A stretch of DNA of 64,000 bases from Gammaproteobacteria bacterium (GTDB taxonomy: Bacteria; Pseudomonadota; Gammaproteobacteria; UBA4575), in assembly GCA_026710875.1 (NCBI GenBank), contig JAPOQE010000113.1, positions 3,144 to 67,143 of the forward strand, read 5' to 3'. Positions 9,047-21,256 of this stretch are shown in pieces (position 1 is the first letter of the stretch; each line of letters opens with the position of its first letter). The notes under the pieces were generated by a model. That model saw nothing but the letters and a program-made list of their open reading frames with translations, did not search any database and was not told the origin of the DNA. The position numbers were made by a program, and so were the translations under genes.

Positions 9047-10551
9047 CCGCCTGAAGCGTTGACCAGCGTGCGCAGCGGTTGAAACAGGTCGCTTGCCAAC
9101 AGACCGCGCATCCCCTCACGTGCAGCGATATCTGCACTTTGTGCATGCAACTCCACACCAAAGCGTGCGGCATCATACAAGCCCATGCCCTGCGCAAGCA
9201 GTCCGGCAGTGATTCCTGTCAGTACGTCCCCCATGCCGCCGGAAGCCATGCCAGGATTTCCCGCGGTACACACCGAAACGCGGTCCCCGGAAGCGATCAG
9301 TGTGCCCGAGCCTTTCAACACGCACACTCCGCCGTACTGCTTCTGTACGGCCTGTACATACTCAAGGCGACGCTGCTGGATTTGCGCTACGGAGACCTTC
9401 GACAGGTGAGCGGCCTCCCCCGGATGCGGAGTAAGTATCCAGTTCTCTTTATACACGGGATCAAGGGCAAGCAAATTCAGTGCATCGGCATCGACGACTG
9501 TCGGCAGATCAAGTTCCAGCACCTTGGCGAGCAGGTCCCTGGCCCATTGATCCCTTCCCAGCCCGGGCCCGATGGCCACCACCGACGCACGGCGTATCAG
9601 TGCAGCAAGTTCATCCACCCCATGTATGCCATGCACCATCACCTCGGGGCAGGCGGAAACCATCAGTCCGGCGTGCTGCTCCACCGTTGCAATCGATACC
9701 AACCCACTGCCCGTGCGTGCAGCGGCTTGTGCGGCCAATGCGATGGACCCGGCCATGCCCGAATTGCCGCCGATCAAAAGTACATGCCCGAAACTGCCCT
9801 TGTGGGCATTGAGAGGGCGCTGCCCAATCCGTGCGTGCAAGCCATCCAGGGACAGCCGGTCGCAGCAGGCCGGGACTGACTCAAACACCTCACCGGGAAT
9901 CTGCAGGTCATCGTAAAAGAGTCTGCCGGCGTGATGGCGCCCTGCCCCGGTCAGCAAGCCGAGCTTCATTCCCACGAAGGTAATGGTCGCTTGCGCAGTC
10001 ACCGCCTCTCCCAGGGCCCACCCGTTGTCGGCATCCAGCCCCGAGGGAACATCGATACTCAGAATGGGGACAGGATGCGTGTTCATGGCCTGTATGGCTG
10101 CTGCAAACGTTCCCTCCACGGGCCGGGCAAGCCCGGAACCCAGCAAGGCATCCACCACCAGATCACACCCCGAGAGAACATCATCGGCAAAGTCCGTACA
10201 GCGACCGCCGTTGTCCAGGTAGTCTTTGCGGGCACGCCCGGCATCACCGGTGAGCCCGGAATGATCACCCGACGGTATGACACTCACCTGCCTCCCGGCA
10301 GCAAGGGCCAGTCTGGCAATGACGTATCCATCCCCGCCATTGTTCCCGGGTCCTGCGAGCACCGCGATGTTGCCTGCCTCCGGCCAGGTGGCCTGGATCA
10401 GGTCAAAGGCCGCCTTGCCCGCGCGGCACATCAGGGTGTACCCCGGGATTCCACACTTCTCGATGGCCAAGCGGTCCAACTCACGAACCTGTTTGACGAG
10501 ATATATATTTTCAGGGATCGAAGACATCGGTAAATTATACGTAATTAACAA
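9043..10551 (-). CDS. nnr: bifunctional NAD(P)H-hydrate epimerase / ADP-dependent dehydratase Nnr (YjeF)
   Basis: 502 aa. N-terminal YjeF_N (AGPGNNGGDGYV) and C-terminal carbohydrate-kinase-like dehydratase (GSGDVLTG-like GMGDVLTG). Confidence 0.9.
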   Translation of the reverse strand: MLITYNLPMSSIPENIYLVKQVRELDRLAIEKCGIPGYTLMCRAGKAAFDLIQATWPEAGNIAVLAGPGNNGGDGYVIARLALAAGRQVSVIPSGDHSGLTGDAGRARKDYLDNGGRCTDFADDVLSGCDLVVDALLGSGLARPVEGTFAAAIQAMNTHPVPILSIDVPSGLDADNGWALGEAVTAQATITFVGMKLGLLTGAGRHHAGRLFYDDLQIPGEVFESVPACCDRLSLDGLHARIGQRPLNAHKGSFGHVLLIGGNSGMAGSIALAAQAAARTGSGLVSIATVEQHAGLMVSACPEVMVHGIHGVDELAALIRRASVVAIGPGLGRDQWARDLLAKVLELDLPTVVDADALNLLALDPVYKENWILTPHPGEAAHLSKVSVAQIQQRRLEYVQAVQKQYGGVCVLKGSGTLIASGDRVSVCTAGNPGMASGGMGDVLTGITAGLLAQGMGLYDAARFGVELHAQSADIAAREGMRGLLASDLFQPLRTLVNASGG

Positions 10552-10585
10552 CGGGTACGATCATGGCAATGAATGTGAATCCGGT

Positions 10586-11650
10586 ATGAGCGCGTCCTTC
10601 TCGGACTTCCCCGCGCTGGTCGAGGACATCAGGGCATGGGCGAAGGAGCTGGGATTTGACGGGGTGGGCATCTCCGATACCCGCCTGGACGAATATGAAG
10701 TCCGTTTCATCAACTGGCTGAACGCGGGTTTCCATGGGGAAATGCATTATATGAGCCGGCACGGGCAAACACGATCGCGGCCTGAAGAACTGATTCCCGG
10801 GACTGTCCGCATCATCTCTGTGCGCATGAACTATCAGCCTCCAGATGCCAGAGACGAGGAAGAAGTTCTGGCTGACCGGAATCTGGCGTATATCTCCCGG
10901 TATGCCCTGGGCCGTGACTATCACCGGCTGATCCGCAAGCGACTTCAGAAACTGGCGGAACGCATTACCGCAACAACAGGACCCTTTGGCTACCGCGCCT
11001 TTACAGACAGTGCACCGGTACTCGAGAAGGCCCTCGCAGAAAAAGCTGGATTGGGCTGGATTGGCAAGCATACCAATCTGATCAGTCGCACCTCCGGTTC
11101 CTGGTTTTTCCTGGGAGAACTGTACACCGACCTGCCGCTGCCGGTGGACGCATCTTCCGAAGATCACTGCGGCACCTGCACGACCTGCATGGAAGTCTGT
11201 CCCACCCAGGCCATCGTCGGCCCGTATCAGCTGGATGCGAGACGCTGTATTTCCTATCACACGATCGAGTTAAAAGGGGCCATTCCCGTGGAATTTCGCA
11301 AAGCCATGGGTAATCGCATCTTCGGATGCGATGACTGCCAGCTGTATTGCCCCTGGAACCGGTTCGGGGAAAAAAGCACGCTGGCCGATTTTGCCGTACG
11401 CCATCATCTGGATGCGCCCCATCTGGTGGAGCTTTTCGCATGGAGCGAAGCGGAGTTTCTGGACAAGACCCAGGGTTCTGCAATCCGGCGGATCGGGTAT
11501 GAATGCTGGCTCAGGAACATTGCCGTGGCACTGGGCAATGCCGAATCCGTACCGGAAGTTATAAAGGCGCTGCAGGCAAGGCTGAATCATTCAAGCGCGC
11601 TGGTGCGCGAACATGTCACCTGGGCCCTGCAACAACATGACGCCCTGTAG
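10586..11650 (+). CDS. queG: epoxyqueuosine reductase QueG
   Basis: 4Fe-4S ferredoxin motifs (CGTCTTCMEVCPT, CDDCQLYCPWN) and the QueG C-terminal HEAT-like region. The ORF track starts at 10277; the conserved N-terminus (MSASFSDFPALVEDIRAWAKELGFD) begins at the in-frame ATG at 10586. Confidence 0.9.
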   Translation: MSASFSDFPALVEDIRAWAKELGFDGVGISDTRLDEYEVRFINWLNAGFHGEMHYMSRHGQTRSRPEELIPGTVRIISVRMNYQPPDARDEEEVLADRNLAYISRYALGRDYHRLIRKRLQKLAERITATTGPFGYRAFTDSAPVLEKALAEKAGLGWIGKHTNLISRTSGSWFFLGELYTDLPLPVDASSEDHCGTCTTCMEVCPTQAIVGPYQLDARRCISYHTIELKGAIPVEFRKAMGNRIFGCDDCQLYCPWNRFGEKSTLADFAVRHHLDAPHLVELFAWSEAEFLDKTQGSAIRRIGYECWLRNIAVALGNAESVPEVIKALQARLNHSSALVREHVTWALQQHDAL

Positions 11651-11701
11651 GCTTGCAACTCTTTTCAGGGATGTGTGACGCCGGATCCGGGGTACAGAAG
11701 C

Positions 11702-13279
11702 TCAGGCATGTTTTTTGTAGTAGGCCAGCAGCGCACGCGTGGCAGAATCAAGGTCTGTATCCAGGTCCGCAGTCTGCAGGTCATCCAGCAGGTGCTCCGC
11801 CAGCTTTTTCCCCAACTCAACCCCTGGCTGATCAAATGAATTGATATCCAGGAGTACACCCTGTACAAAAACCTTGTGTTCGTAGAGCGCCATCAACTGG
11901 CCCAGGCTGTACGGAGTCAGTTGCCTGAGCAGGATCGTGTTACTGGTGCGGTTGCCGGGAAAGACCTTGTGCTCGGCGCAGGCCGTATCGCCTTGAGCGC
12001 ACGCCTCCTCCAGTGTCTGGCCGAACATCAGGGCCCGGGTCTGCGCAATCATGTTCGATAGCAGCATTTCATGCTGTGAGCGGTGGCCGCGGCCTGGTCG
12101 CACGACCCCGATGAAATCACAACTCGCAGCGCGTCCCCCCTGATGCAGGAACTGGAAGAAACCATGCTGTGCATTGGTGCCGACTTCCCCGAATACGATG
12201 GCCGCATCCGGTACATCCAGCGCACGCCCTGCCCGGTCCACGCATTTGCCGTTGCTTTCCATTTCCAGCTGCTGCAAATACGCCGGCAGGTAGCGCAAAC
12301 GCATGTCGTACGGCAAGACCACGTGTGCGACGGTGTCGAGAAAATGCTGGTTCCAGATGCCCAGCAAGGCCAGCAATACCGGGAGGTTTTCCCCTGCAGC
12401 TGCGTTCCTGAAATGACGATCCATTTCCCGCGCGCCACGCAACAGCTCCCGGAATGCAGGCATTCCCAGGTAAAGCACGACGCTCAGGCCCGCAGCAGAC
12501 CACACTGAAAAACGTCCGCCGACGGTATTCCACATCGGCAAGACCCGGTGTTCCTGCAGGCCCCATGCCAGCGCCCGTTCAGTCTCGGCGGTAATGCCGA
12601 CAAAATGGCGCTCGCTACTTTCTTTTGCCTTGTCATCCTGCATGAGCCAGTTTCTTGCAATCTCTGCATTACTCAGGGTCTCCGGCGTTGAAAAGCTTTT
12701 CGAGGCGACAATGAAGAGTGTGCGGTGCGGTACTCGCCCATGCAGCACACGCTGGATTTCCGTGGTATCCACATTTGCCACGAAATGCATGTTCAGACCG
12801 GGAGTAGCCTCGTCGCAAAACGCATCACACACCAGCTTTTGTCCAAGATGTGACCCTCCCGCGCCGAGATGGACGACATCGGTAAAGCCCTGCTCGCGAA
12901 TCTGCAAGGCAAGGGCCTCCATGCGTTCAAGAACCCGGTTTTGCGACTCTGCAAGACTGCTGGTTGCATCCTCCAGGTCACGTAGCGCGGCATGCTGTAC
13001 CGGCAGATTTTCTGTCAGGTTGATACATTCCCCGGCAAACATCCTGTCCCGCCAGGTCTCGACCTCGCATTCCCCTGACAAGGCCAGGAGTTTGTCCAGT
13101 GTTTCCTCGCTAATGCGGTTTCTGGAGAAATCAAACAGAAAATGTTCCTGCTCGCGGGAGAACATCGAGAACCGCTTTGGATCCTGTGCAAACCATTCAC
13201 GCAAGGTGTGTTTCCTGATTTTCTGCGCATGTGCATGGAGTGCCCGGTAAGAAGGCAGCTGGGATAGAGGTCTACGCAT
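11702..13279 (-). CDS. pgi: glucose-6-phosphate isomerase
   Basis: PGI family signatures (the sugar-isomerase domain). The conserved N-terminus begins at the in-frame ATG at 13279 (MRRPLSQLPSYRALHAHA). Confidence 0.9.
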   Translation of the reverse strand: MRRPLSQLPSYRALHAHAQKIRKHTLREWFAQDPKRFSMFSREQEHFLFDFSRNRISEETLDKLLALSGECEVETWRDRMFAGECINLTENLPVQHAALRDLEDATSSLAESQNRVLERMEALALQIREQGFTDVVHLGAGGSHLGQKLVCDAFCDEATPGLNMHFVANVDTTEIQRVLHGRVPHRTLFIVASKSFSTPETLSNAEIARNWLMQDDKAKESSERHFVGITAETERALAWGLQEHRVLPMWNTVGGRFSVWSAAGLSVVLYLGMPAFRELLRGAREMDRHFRNAAAGENLPVLLALLGIWNQHFLDTVAHVVLPYDMRLRYLPAYLQQLEMESNGKCVDRAGRALDVPDAAIVFGEVGTNAQHGFFQFLHQGGRAASCDFIGVVRPGRGHRSQHEMLLSNMIAQTRALMFGQTLEEACAQGDTACAEHKVFPGNRTSNTILLRQLTPYSLGQLMALYEHKVFVQGVLLDINSFDQPGVELGKKLAEHLLDDLQTADLDTDLDSATRALLAYYKKHA

Positions 13280-13373
13280 GACCCTTTCCGGACAAAAGCG
13301 CGAGGTGCCTCTGGCAAGGCATCCATCGACGGCTACGGAAGGAGGACTCAAGTGGCAAGGTATGGATGTCCAT

Positions 13374-14225
13374 TCAAGCCATGCTCACCAATACATTGTC
13401 TATCAGTCGGGCCTTGCCGAGCCAGGCAGCCGCGAGAATGGCGATCTGGCGTGTCTCATTTGAGGCGGGCTCGAGAGTTGCAGCATCACGGATTGCCACG
13501 TAATCCGGTCGAAACCCTGCCTGCTGCAGACGTTCGACTGCCTGTGATTCCAGAACGGCAAAGGTGTGCTGAGCCTTCTTGACCTGATGCTCCACGCGAC
13601 GCAGCTCGCCATACAGTTGCGGTGCGATCGCACGCTCTCGCCGGTCCAGATAGCCATTGCGCGAACTGAATGCCAGGCCATCTTTCTCGCGCTCGGTAGA
13701 CACCTGCTCGATTTGTATGGCCATATCCAGGTCTTTCACCAGTTGCTTGATGATGACCAGCTGCTGGTAGTCCTTTTCACCAAACACGGCCACATCAGGA
13801 TCTGTCATGTAAAACAGCCGGGCTACCACTTCAACTACGCCGTCGAAAAATCCCGGCCGATAGGCCCCGCACAACTGCTGGTTCAGCGGATTATCCGGCA
13901 TGCTTTTCTTGATGCGATTCTGCTCGCAATAGACCTCTTCATGGCTTGGCATGAACACCAGGTCGGTCTGTTCGCGCTCCAGCGCCTTCAAATCTTCATC
14001 GGGGGTTCGCGGGTAGGCAGCCAGGTCTTCCTTGCGGTCAAATTGCAGGCTGTTGACAAAAATAGTGCACACGATTTTACTTCCGCAGCTGTGTGCATGC
14101 CTGATCAGGGCGAGGTGCCCGGCATGCAGGTTGCCCATGGTGGGAACCAGCACGATGCGCTCATCCTGTTTCCTCCACAAGTCGATTAGCTTGCGCAAGG
14201 CAGCCACTGTAGCCACGGTTTGCAT
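13374..14225 (-). CDS. panC: pantoate--beta-alanine ligase
   Basis: HIGH-type motif PTMGNLHAGHLAL, size 283 aa, and adjacency to panB. Confidence 0.95.
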   Translation of the reverse strand: MQTVATVAALRKLIDLWRKQDERIVLVPTMGNLHAGHLALIRHAHSCGSKIVCTIFVNSLQFDRKEDLAAYPRTPDEDLKALEREQTDLVFMPSHEEVYCEQNRIKKSMPDNPLNQQLCGAYRPGFFDGVVEVVARLFYMTDPDVAVFGEKDYQQLVIIKQLVKDLDMAIQIEQVSTEREKDGLAFSSRNGYLDRRERAIAPQLYGELRRVEHQVKKAQHTFAVLESQAVERLQQAGFRPDYVAIRDAATLEPASNETRQIAILAAAWLGKARLIDNVLVSMA

Positions 14226-14242
14226 GGAACGGGTCTGGGCAG

Positions 14243-15046
14243 TCAGGACTTCAATGGAAAACTAGAACTTTTCACTGCATCCACGTAGGCCACGATGGCT
14301 GAGCGAATATCGTGTGTATCGGCAAGAAAATTTTTTGCGAATTTGGGTGTCATGCCAGGTGTGATGCCAAGTACGTCTTGCAGTACCAGGATTTGTCCAT
14401 CGCAATCGGATCCTGCCCCTATTCCAATCACCGGTATGGAGCTGTTGTCGGTGATTCGACGGGCCAGGGTATCGGGTATGCATTCAAGCAATAGCATGTC
14501 CGCTCCTGCCGTTTGCAGGTGCTCTGCACTTCTCAACAAGTCCTCGGAACTTTTTTCATCGTTCCCTTGCAGGCTGTCCCCGCCGAGCTTGTGGATGTAC
14601 TGCGGACGCAACCCGAGGTGCGCACATACCGCCACCCCGCATTCACTCAGTTCCTTCACGATACTTACCTGACGGATCGAAGCCTCGAGCTTGACCATCT
14701 GCACACCGCCCAGCTGGATCAGGTCGGTGGCATTGTCCAGGGCCTGCTCGACGCTGGTGTAGGTCATGAAAGGCATATCGGCAATAATAAAGGCGTGGCG
14801 GATGGCCGAGCTGACACACTGGCTGTGATAGATCATGTCGTCCATGGTCACGGATACCGTACTCTCACGGCCCTGTATCACCATCCCCAGGGAATCCCCC
14901 ACCAGCACCACATCGACTCCTGCATCATCAAGCAAAGCGGCAAAACTTGCGTCGTAGGCCGTCAGGCAAGCGATCTTCTCCGCCTGCGATTTCATCGCCT
15001 GCAATCGTTTCAGGGTAATATTTTTTGTGTGGTGATGAACGCTCAT
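14243..15046 (-). CDS. panB: 3-methyl-2-oxobutanoate hydroxymethyltransferase
   Basis: LTAYDASFAALLD...VLVGDSLGMV...IGIGAGSDCDGQILV are classic PanB motifs. The start at 15046 is chosen to align with PanB N-termini. Confidence 0.9.
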   Translation of the reverse strand: MSVHHHTKNITLKRLQAMKSQAEKIACLTAYDASFAALLDDAGVDVVLVGDSLGMVIQGRESTVSVTMDDMIYHSQCVSSAIRHAFIIADMPFMTYTSVEQALDNATDLIQLGGVQMVKLEASIRQVSIVKELSECGVAVCAHLGLRPQYIHKLGGDSLQGNDEKSSEDLLRSAEHLQTAGADMLLLECIPDTLARRITDNSSIPVIGIGAGSDCDGQILVLQDVLGITPGMTPKFAKNFLADTHDIRSAIVAYVDAVKSSSFPLKS

Positions 15047-15068
15047 CGTCGTAGTAAACGCTTGCAGA

Positions 15069-15719
15069 TCAGCTGGCAAACGGCAAGGGGTTGAAGTAGC
15101 GCTTCCCCGCCGTGGTGCTCAGGATCTGTTCCAGCAACTGCTGGTAGTCCTCGTCACTGTTGATGAAATCAATTTCGCTGGCATTTACGATCAGGCAGGG
15201 TGCATCGATGTAGTTGTAGAAGAATTTAGCATACGCGTCATTCAACTGCTCCAGGTAGGCAGACCCGATCAAACGTTCATACCCGCGCTTGCGTTTGCGT
15301 ATACGCTGCAGCAGCACTTCCACCGGCGCCTGCAGGTACACCACCAGGTCCGGCTTGGGGGCATCGATCGTAAGATAGGAGTAGACCTGCTTGTACAGCT
15401 CATATTCACTGGCATTGAGTGTGATCTGTGCAAACAGCTGGTCCTTTTCTATCAGGAAATCGGCAACCCGCACCGGTGAAAATATATCCGCCTGCCTGAA
15501 TTCCTGGATCTGCTTGGTCCGTCGCAGCAGAAAATACAGTTGTGTTGAGAGCGCCGCCTCTTTCGGGTTTTGGTAGAACTGCTCCAGGAAGGGGTTTTCA
15601 TCGGCCTGCTCCAGCAACAGGTAGGAGCCAAACTCATCACCCAGTCGCTGTGCCAAGCTGGTCTTGCCTACACCGATAGAGCCTTCGATGACAATATATT
15701 TAAGATTGTGGTCCGACAT
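15069..15719 (-). CDS. deoxynucleoside kinase
   Basis: P-loop IEGSIGVGKTSLAQRL and the dNK family ERS-like region. 216 aa. Confidence 0.8.
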   Translation of the reverse strand: MSDHNLKYIVIEGSIGVGKTSLAQRLGDEFGSYLLLEQADENPFLEQFYQNPKEAALSTQLYFLLRRTKQIQEFRQADIFSPVRVADFLIEKDQLFAQITLNASEYELYKQVYSYLTIDAPKPDLVVYLQAPVEVLLQRIRKRKRGYERLIGSAYLEQLNDAYAKFFYNYIDAPCLIVNASEIDFINSDEDYQQLLEQILSTTAGKRYFNPLPFAS

Positions 15720-16203
15720 CCGGGCTCGCTAGTCTGGTCAACTGGTACTGGGGAAGCTTTTCGATCAGTCCAAGCAAGCCGCCCTTTCCGGGAATGATGA
15801 GGTTCTCGTCTATCTCTTGTAAAGGAATTAATACAAATTCCCGTTCACTGATGCCCGGATGCGGTATCTGCAGCGCTTTCGTATGCATTTCCAGGTCCCC
15901 GTAAAGCAGGATGTCGAGATCAAGCGTTCTCGGACCCCAGCGTTCTCCTGTACGAACGCGTTGATGTTGACGTTCGATTTCCTGCAGGATGGCTAATAAT
16001 TCCATAGGGTAGAGTTCCGTGGAAATCTTGGCAACTGCATTGACGTAATCGGGCTGCTCGGCAGCTCCCATCGGATGGCTTCGATACAGGCTCGAACTTT
16101 GCTGCAACTGGATATCCGGCGAGGCGTACAAGGACTGCAAGGCAGAACGGATCTGGCCTTCCGGATCCTGCAGGTTACTGCCCAGCCCGATATATGCCAG
16201 CAT
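15700..16203 (-). CDS. folK: 2-amino-4-hydroxy-6-hydroxymethyldihydropteridine pyrophosphokinase
   Basis: YIGLGSNL...RTLDLDILLYG HPPK motifs. Conserved pcnB-folK-panB order. Confidence 0.9.
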   Translation of the reverse strand: MLAYIGLGSNLQDPEGQIRSALQSLYASPDIQLQQSSSLYRSHPMGAAEQPDYVNAVAKISTELYPMELLAILQEIERQHQRVRTGERWGPRTLDLDILLYGDLEMHTKALQIPHPGISEREFVLIPLQEIDENLIIPGKGGLLGLIEKLPQYQLTRLASPDVGPQS

Positions 16204-16242
16204 GATATCGGCCCCTCGATCTGCGCTATCGGCGAGCAACGC

Positions 16243-17532
16243 CTAATGGTAGGTCTTGCGGGAAGGCCTGTGCGGGGTTTTGCCTGCCCGGGTGCGCGAT
16301 GAGCGCGCCATCTTTTTTTGCGTGGCCTCATCGACGTCCTGGAATTCCGTCCACCACTCGCATAGCTTGTCTACCGGGTCACCTGCACCTGCCCGCAGGC
16401 ACAGAAAGTCGTACGCGGCACGGAAACGTGGATGCTGGTACAGGCGATACGCCTGCTTGCCTCGCTTGCGGTAAAACCGGTTCTGGAGTTCCCATACATT
16501 GCGGATCTGAAACCCCAGTCTTTTCGGAATTGCGGTAAAACGCAATTGCGAAAGTATGGTGTCTTTCATTGCTGCATCTTGTGCAACCTTCGAGGATAAA
16601 CCATCCAGCTCCAGCTGGCGTGTGAGTGCTCGCATCGGCCCCCACAGGAACACCGCATACAAAAACGAGGCAATAACCGGTTTGCCGGCGCGAATCCGTT
16701 CATCCGTGTTTTCCAGGGCTCCATGGACCAGTGCCGAAAATGTCTCCTGAGACGCATCCCCGAGTGCCTGTTCTGTCAACGGGAACAGGTGCTCGAACAA
16801 GCCGTAGTTGCGCAGGGCCTGAAAGGTCTGTACCGCATGCCCTCCATGAAACAGCTTGAGCATTTCATCGAACAGCCTGGCGGGCGGCACTTCGCCCAGC
16901 AGATAGCCTAAACGGCAAATGGTCGCTTGCGCCTGGTCTTCGATCCTGAATCCCAGCTTCGTGGCCAAACGCACGGCGCGCAGCATACGAACAGGATCTT
17001 CTCGAAAACGCAATTCAGGATCCCCGATGACGCGCAAGAGCTTGGCGTCCAGATCCTGCTGACCGGACACCAGGTCCAGCACCTGTCCAGCCTCGGGATC
17101 GTAATACAGGGCATTGATCGTGAAATCCCTGCGAAATGCGTCCTCCTCGATCGTTCCATACGTATTATCGGCAAGGATACGGCCCTGCTTGTTGACATGC
17201 GCACGACCGGCTGCCCGAAATGTCGCGACCTCCACGTAGCCCTGCGAGAAATACACGTGCACGATTCGAAACCGCCGGCCGATCACGCGGCTGTTATCAA
17301 ACTGCCTGCGCACGTCTTCCGGGTGGGCATCGGTTGCAATGTCAAAGTCCTTGGGAGAAAGCCCAAGCAGCAGGTCACGTACGCCACCGCCAACAAGGTA
17401 TGCCTGAAATCCCGCACGGTGCAGTCCGGTGATCACGCGCAGGGCATCCCGGTTGATATGGGCGACATCAATATCGACCCGTACACCGGGCCTTGGACTC
17501 GCCAAGCGTCGGTCAGTCGCAGATGGTTTCAT
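16243..17532 (-). CDS. pcnB: poly(A) polymerase I
   Basis: Nucleotidyltransferase head GGGVRDLLLG..KDFDIAT and the PcnB C-terminal RNA-binding region. Start chosen at the in-frame ATG at 17532. Confidence 0.9.
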   Translation of the reverse strand: MKPSATDRRLASPRPGVRVDIDVAHINRDALRVITGLHRAGFQAYLVGGGVRDLLLGLSPKDFDIATDAHPEDVRRQFDNSRVIGRRFRIVHVYFSQGYVEVATFRAAGRAHVNKQGRILADNTYGTIEEDAFRRDFTINALYYDPEAGQVLDLVSGQQDLDAKLLRVIGDPELRFREDPVRMLRAVRLATKLGFRIEDQAQATICRLGYLLGEVPPARLFDEMLKLFHGGHAVQTFQALRNYGLFEHLFPLTEQALGDASQETFSALVHGALENTDERIRAGKPVIASFLYAVFLWGPMRALTRQLELDGLSSKVAQDAAMKDTILSQLRFTAIPKRLGFQIRNVWELQNRFYRKRGKQAYRLYQHPRFRAAYDFLCLRAGAGDPVDKLCEWWTEFQDVDEATQKKMARSSRTRAGKTPHRPSRKTYH

Positions 17533-18001
17533 GAAACAAATTGATCTTCTGGGGCGTAGGCTGCGCCCAATATACCACCGGTTCAGGCCCTGGCACACTC
17601 TAAAACAGGCAACAACGGCCCTTACACCCCTTCACCAAGCCATTGAACCCCGGACTTGATTGGCACGACAGTCCTGCAGACCCATGGCAAAAGCGCCGAT
17701 TCAGCATGGCCTTCCAAGGGCATACAGATCGTTTGGAAGGATCAGGAAGCGCAGCCTGGAACACCCCCATGATGGGCTCTGCTGTATACCAACTGTCCCT
17801 GGCAGGCTGATCACGAACGGGGCCGTATAATCTACCTGTCTGGCAAACTTATTCTCTTAAGTCGTTATAATCTATGGGATTAATTCCAATATCCCGATTG
17901 ATTGGGAAAATCGATCATTATATTGAGTAAAATGAATTAGCAACTTTCATTCAAGTACAATATAAATGCAGCATACGTTAGAAATAATAAAGACCTGATA
18001 A

Positions 18002-20218
<2,217 letters not shown>

Positions 20219-20233
20219 CCCCCGGGAACAAGA

Positions 20234-20261
20234 GAGGCGTTTCGGACAAACGGGACGCCTC
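20234..20261 (+). terminator. candidate katG terminator hairpin (GAGGCGT...ACGCCTC)
   Basis: 7-bp inverted repeat starting 16 nt after the katG stop. The downstream tract is pyrimidine-rich but not a clean U-run. Confidence 0.3.
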
Positions 20262-20524
20262 CCTCTTACCTCCTCGAACACGACATTCCCTGTCATCCAG
20301 CACAGGCCTCGAGGCTTGCTCGACTAACCATCACCCGTCTCACCAAGACCGATATTCGCCGCAGGTTTCTGCAGGGGTTGTTTGTGCATGCTCGTGATGC
20401 CTCGGCGCCATCAAAGGCTGCTGCCAACCGCTACCCGACAAGGCGAAGGCCCGACGCCATCCGGTTTCTATTTCGTCTTCAGGAAGTATAATGGCCCATT
20501 TTCTGAACTTCATGCCGGGGCATT

Positions 20525-21181
20525 ATGGATCTGGAACTTGTCAGCTTTAACGTGTGTCCATTCGTACAGCGCAGTGTGATTACCCTGAATCATAAAAATT
20601 GCGAGTACAGAATCACCTTCATCGATTTGAGCAATCCGCCGGACTGGTTCTTGCAGATTTCACCGCTTGGCAAAGTGCCGGTACTTAAAGTCGACAGCCA
20701 TGAGGTGCTGTTCGAGTCTGCCGTAATCAACGAATTTGTTGACGATGTAACCCCGGGTACACTCAAGCCTTCGGACGCACTGGTGCTGGCCAAAAATCGG
20801 GCATGGATCGAATATGGCAGCACGTGCTTGTCCGACCTGTACATGATGGCGGATGTCGAAACCGAAGAGGAGATGCAGCAACAGATTACAGTATGTGTGG
20901 AACGGCTGCAGTATGTGGAAAATATCCTGACTGACTCGACATTTTTCAATGGCGACAGCTTCGCCCTGGTCGATGCAGCCTATGCACCCCTGTTGTTCCG
21001 CCTGGACTTCATACACGAAAAGATCGGCTTCCTGGACTGGGGCCGATTACCAAAACTGAACCAATGGAAAGAGAATCTGCTGGCTTTGGAATCCGTACAA
21101 CAGTCGATAATCGAAGATTTTGAAGGGCACTATACGAACAAAATCAGGGCACAAAACGGATACCTGGGAAGCCTCCTGTAA
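20525..21181 (+). CDS. glutathione S-transferase family protein (Cys-type active site)
   Basis: Thioredoxin-like N-domain with CPF and VPVL motifs, then a helical GST_C domain. 218 aa. Confidence 0.8.
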   Translation: MDLELVSFNVCPFVQRSVITLNHKNCEYRITFIDLSNPPDWFLQISPLGKVPVLKVDSHEVLFESAVINEFVDDVTPGTLKPSDALVLAKNRAWIEYGSTCLSDLYMMADVETEEEMQQQITVCVERLQYVENILTDSTFFNGDSFALVDAAYAPLLFRLDFIHEKIGFLDWGRLPKLNQWKENLLALESVQQSIIEDFEGHYTNKIRAQNGYLGSLL

Positions 21182-21256
21182 CACCACCTTTTGTTCGCTA
21201 TCCTCCCGATGCCGTCCCCGCCTGGCAACCAACACCCGGGGAATTGACCGCTACCG

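Noticed and set aside
9079-10533. Several 100-270-aa ORFs (9079..9879, 9480..9812, 9572..9916, 9931..10533) on the plus strand inside nnr
   Set aside because: They overlap the well-supported Nnr/YjeF gene on the opposite strand. The translations are Arg/Pro/Ala-rich, characteristic of GC-rich off-frames.
10535-11260. 241-aa ORF antisense to queG, and 11082..11590 ORFs
   Set aside because: Antisense to QueG, which carries unmistakable 4Fe-4S motifs. No independent support.
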